A stretch of DNA of 64,000 nt, from assembly GCA_963422615.1 (NCBI GenBank), contig OY730414.1:1906302-1970301 (forward strand). The letters run 5' to 3'. A program made the translations under genes and the position numbers. The notes under the pieces are model-generated. The model worked only from the letters and a program-made list of their open reading frames with translations, was not told where the DNA came from and searched no databases. Positions 61,427-64,000 of the stretch are shown piece by piece. The stretch is from Longimicrobiales bacterium (lineage in GTDB: Bacteria; Gemmatimonadota; Gemmatimonadetes; Longimicrobiales; Gaopeijiaceae). Numbering within the stretch: position 1 is the first letter of the stretch; each line of letters begins with the position of its first letter.

Positions 61427-62176
61427 CTAGATGACTTTTGCTTCTTCGCGAAGGAGCCGGACCAGCTCCGCCACCGCGGAGGGACCTTCCCCGACGATGC
61501 GCCCTGGGGGCCGCTTCGGTGGATAGTCCAGTCGCTCAACAACGAAGCCAGGTGCGACTTCCGGGGCGTCCTTCTCTTCCATCGGCTTTCTCTTCGCGGC
61601 CATAATGCCCCTCAGCGAAGCATACCGGGGCTCGTACTTTCCCTTGGTTACGGTCGCCACGGCTGGCAGGTCCATCTCAACCACCTCCTGTCCACCTTCG
61701 ACGGCCCTCCGACAGGTCACCACCCCCTCGGAAATGTCCATGGCGGTGACCGCTGTCGCGCACGGCCGACCCAACAACTCCGCCACCATGGCCCCGACCT
61801 GCTGCTGGTCGTCGTCCACGGCCTTGACCCCGAACAATACGAGTCCCGCATCCGAGGCGGCCAATTCGGAAACGAGCACCCGCGCCGTCGCCCACCCGTC
61901 CATGGTGGGCTCGCCCCGCAGGAGTACCGCCTCGTCGGCGCCGATGGCGAGGCCCGAACGGAGCGTCTCCTTCGCCACCTCTCCACCGTACGTCAGAAGC
62001 ACTACCTTGCCCTTCCCCGTCTCTTCCGCGAGCTGGAGGGCGGCCTCAATCGCAAACTCGTCATAGGGGTTGACGACGTACTTCACCCCTCCCCGCTCCA
62101 GATCCTGCCCGTCGGCCGCAATCCGGATCCGGGTCTCCGTGTCGGGTACCCGCTTCACGCACACGGTGATGTTCAC
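61427..62176 (-). CDS. etfB: Electron transfer flavoprotein beta subunit
   Basis: VCVKRVPD, NPYDEFAIE, PRYASLRGIMAAK. Confidence 0.95.
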   Translation of the reverse strand: MNITVCVKRVPDTETRIRIAADGQDLERGGVKYVVNPYDEFAIEAALQLAEETGKGKVVLLTYGGEVAKETLRSGLAIGADEAVLLRGEPTMDGWATARVLVSELAASDAGLVLFGVKAVDDDQQQVGAMVAELLGRPCATAVTAMDISEGVVTCRRAVEGGQEVVEMDLPAVATVTKGKYEPRYASLRGIMAAKRKPMEEKDAPEVAPGFVVERLDYPPKRPPGRIVGEGPSAVAELVRLLREEAKVI

Positions 62177-63588
62177 TGGATCAGAGCTCCGGTCACGGCG
62201 AAACTCGCCGCCGCGATGCCTCCGCCCAACAGAGCGTACGGCAGCTGGGTTCGCACATGGTCCACATGATCTGTGGCGGCCGCCATCGAAGATATGATCG
62301 TCGTGTCGCTGACGGGAGAACAATGGTCGCCGAAGATTCCCCCGGAGAGGGCTGCCGCGAGAAAGGGCGCGGCGGGAAAGCCGAGGGTCTCGGCGGCTGG
62401 CACCGCGATGGGAATCATGATGGCAAAGGTGCCCCAACTGGATCCGATGGAAAACGCGATCACCGACGATACGATGAAGACGAGGGGGAGGAAGGCCGCT
62501 GCCGGCATTACGCCCCCGGTGATTCGGGCCACATAGTCACCCGTTCCCAGGTTGTCGGCGACATCGCCCAAGGTCAGGGCGAGGAGGAGGATCAGGGCCA
62601 GAGGAACCAAGCCGCCCGCCCCCCGGAGGGCAATCCGGACGAGCTGGTCCACGGAGTAGGCTCTCTGGGCCAGCAAGAGAAGCCAAGCGACCCCCAGGGC
62701 GCCCAACGAGGCCCAAAGAACGGAGGTGGAGCCCGATCCTTCGCTCAAGATCCCATTCCCCGTCACCCAAAGCCCGAAGGGCATCAGGGCCACAAGGACC
62801 AGGACGGGAAGCACCATATTGACACCCCGGAGCGGAATTGGTGGGTCCCCGTCTCCACCAAGGACGCCCTCGCCCATCATGGGGACCGCCCCCGGGCGGA
62901 GCACTTCCCCCTTGGCTGCCCGTGCCTCTGCCTTCTTCATGGGACCCCAGTCCAGCTTCAGGAGGATGACCATGAGGGCCAGAATCACCGCCGCAAAGGC
63001 ATAGAAGTTGAAGAGGATCGAATGCAGGAAGACGCCCAGGGGGTCCGCCACACCCGCGCTGTCCAGGAGACCCAGATTGAACGCGCCCCAGGCGTTGAGG
63101 GGAATCAGGATGCAGATCGGGGCGCTGGTGGAATCGATGAGGTAGGCCAGCTTCTCTCTGGAGGTCCGGTAACGATCGAAGAGAGGGCGAGAAACGGAGC
63201 CGGCAACCAGCACGGTGATGTTGGACTCAATGAAGATGACGACCCCGATCAGCCACGCGAGGAGCTGGGCCCGGCGGCCGTTGGTCACCCACCGGTTCCG
63301 CTCCAGCCAGGACACGAATCCCGCGACTCCCCCAGAAGCCCCCAGGGTGGCGATGAGGGCGCCCATCACCAGGGTGAACAGGATCACCCGGGCGTCTCCC
63401 GGAGACCCGAGAACCCGGACCGCGGACTCCACCGATTCCGCCAAGCCCGAAGCGAAGTTCCATCCCTGGAGAATGGACCAGCCAAGCCAGATGCCTCCGG
63501 CCAGAGACAGGTACACCTGCCTCGTGGCGACGGCCAGGCCGATGGCCAGGATGGGCGGCAGTAGGGAAACCCAGGTGGGATCGGTCAT
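62173..63588 (-). CDS. NhaC-family Na+/H+ antiporter-like transporter
   Basis: SLLPPILAI.LA, SREKLAYLIDSTSAP, GSSWGTF, FGDHCSPVSDTT, HV.TQLPYA. Confidence 0.9.
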   Translation of the reverse strand: MTDPTWVSLLPPILAIGLAVATRQVYLSLAGGIWLGWSILQGWNFASGLAESVESAVRVLGSPGDARVILFTLVMGALIATLGASGGVAGFVSWLERNRWVTNGRRAQLLAWLIGVVIFIESNITVLVAGSVSRPLFDRYRTSREKLAYLIDSTSAPICILIPLNAWGAFNLGLLDSAGVADPLGVFLHSILFNFYAFAAVILALMVILLKLDWGPMKKAEARAAKGEVLRPGAVPMMGEGVLGGDGDPPIPLRGVNMVLPVLVLVALMPFGLWVTGNGILSEGSGSTSVLWASLGALGVAWLLLLAQRAYSVDQLVRIALRGAGGLVPLALILLLALTLGDVADNLGTGDYVARITGGVMPAAAFLPLVFIVSSVIAFSIGSSWGTFAIMIPIAVPAAETLGFPAAPFLAAALSGGIFGDHCSPVSDTTIISSMAAATDHVDHVRTQLPYALLGGGIAAASFAVTGALIQ

Positions 63589-63616
63589 CGCTTCCCGCGT
63601 AGCCCTTCCTTCGGGT

Positions 63617-64000
63617 TCATGGCTCTTCGTTCCGCCGTAGGAGTACGGCGTCGAAGGAGAAGCCCGTGGCGATCCAGCCGACGGTTCGATCTTCCAGCGT
63701 GATGCTTCTGAGCAACAGAAGGGCCGACAGGGTATCGCCCGACAGATCCAGGGCCAGGACATCGCCGGGGACGTCCACCCGTTCCGTTTCGTTGAAGCGA
63801 AACGACCCGGCCGCAGGGACCCTGCCCGGCTGCTCCGCCCGTTCAATCAGCGGAGCCACGGAAGCCCGGGCTTCTTCACGGTCCCCCAGCCTCAAGACGA
63901 GGGCGAGACTGTCCTGGGATAGGGCGACTTGAAGGGGATCACCCCCGACCTGCACCTCCCCGTTTCCCTCTCCGATAACCATCCGTTCGAATCCCACGAC
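63617..64000 (-). CDS. Hypothetical protein, 3' part (5' truncated by window)
   Basis: Open frame to window edge, same strand as downstream operon. Confidence 0.5.
   Translation of the reverse strand, partial: VVGFERMVIGEGNGEVQVGGDPLQVALSQDSLALVLRLGDREEARASVAPLIERAEQPGRVPAAGSFRFNETERVDVPGDVLALDLSGDTLSALLLLRSITLEDRTVGWIATGFSFDAVLLRRNEEP

Overview
GC-rich bacterial chromosomal window with about 50 CDSs. I found no rRNA, tRNA, CRISPR array, integrase or transposase. Gene content and order (TonB receptor, SurA, mfd-ppi-surA-pdxA, ECF/anti-sigma/bactofilin-like operon) suggest a diderm, plausibly Gemmatimonadota-like organism; this is inference only. Most genes are housekeeping (lepA, mfd, surA, pdxA, holB, moaC, moeA, guaB, gmhA, acs, etfAB, pruA, mrp, menG/ubiE). 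The main accessory block (19.6-30.7 kb) joins tryptophan catabolism (kynA, kynU) to the aerobic anthraniloyl-CoA route (CoA ligase, monooxygenase/reductase, beta-oxidation-like enzymes). It has no kynB in the window, but the operon is headed by a creatininase/ArfB-family amidohydrolase, my best candidate for an undescribed kynurenine formamidase. Other highlights are a SigW-like ECF locus whose anti-sigma has two tandem zinc-less anti-sigma domains, a STAS-HATPase/STAS-like pair coupled to a PLP lyase, a decayed nfuA/nifU remnant ahead of mrp, a four-repeat glycine-zipper protein, a LITAF-like zinc-ribbon membrane protein and an Hhe-type helicase-nuclease coupled to acs. All calls come from motif recognition by eye, with no database searches, and start codons are my estimates.
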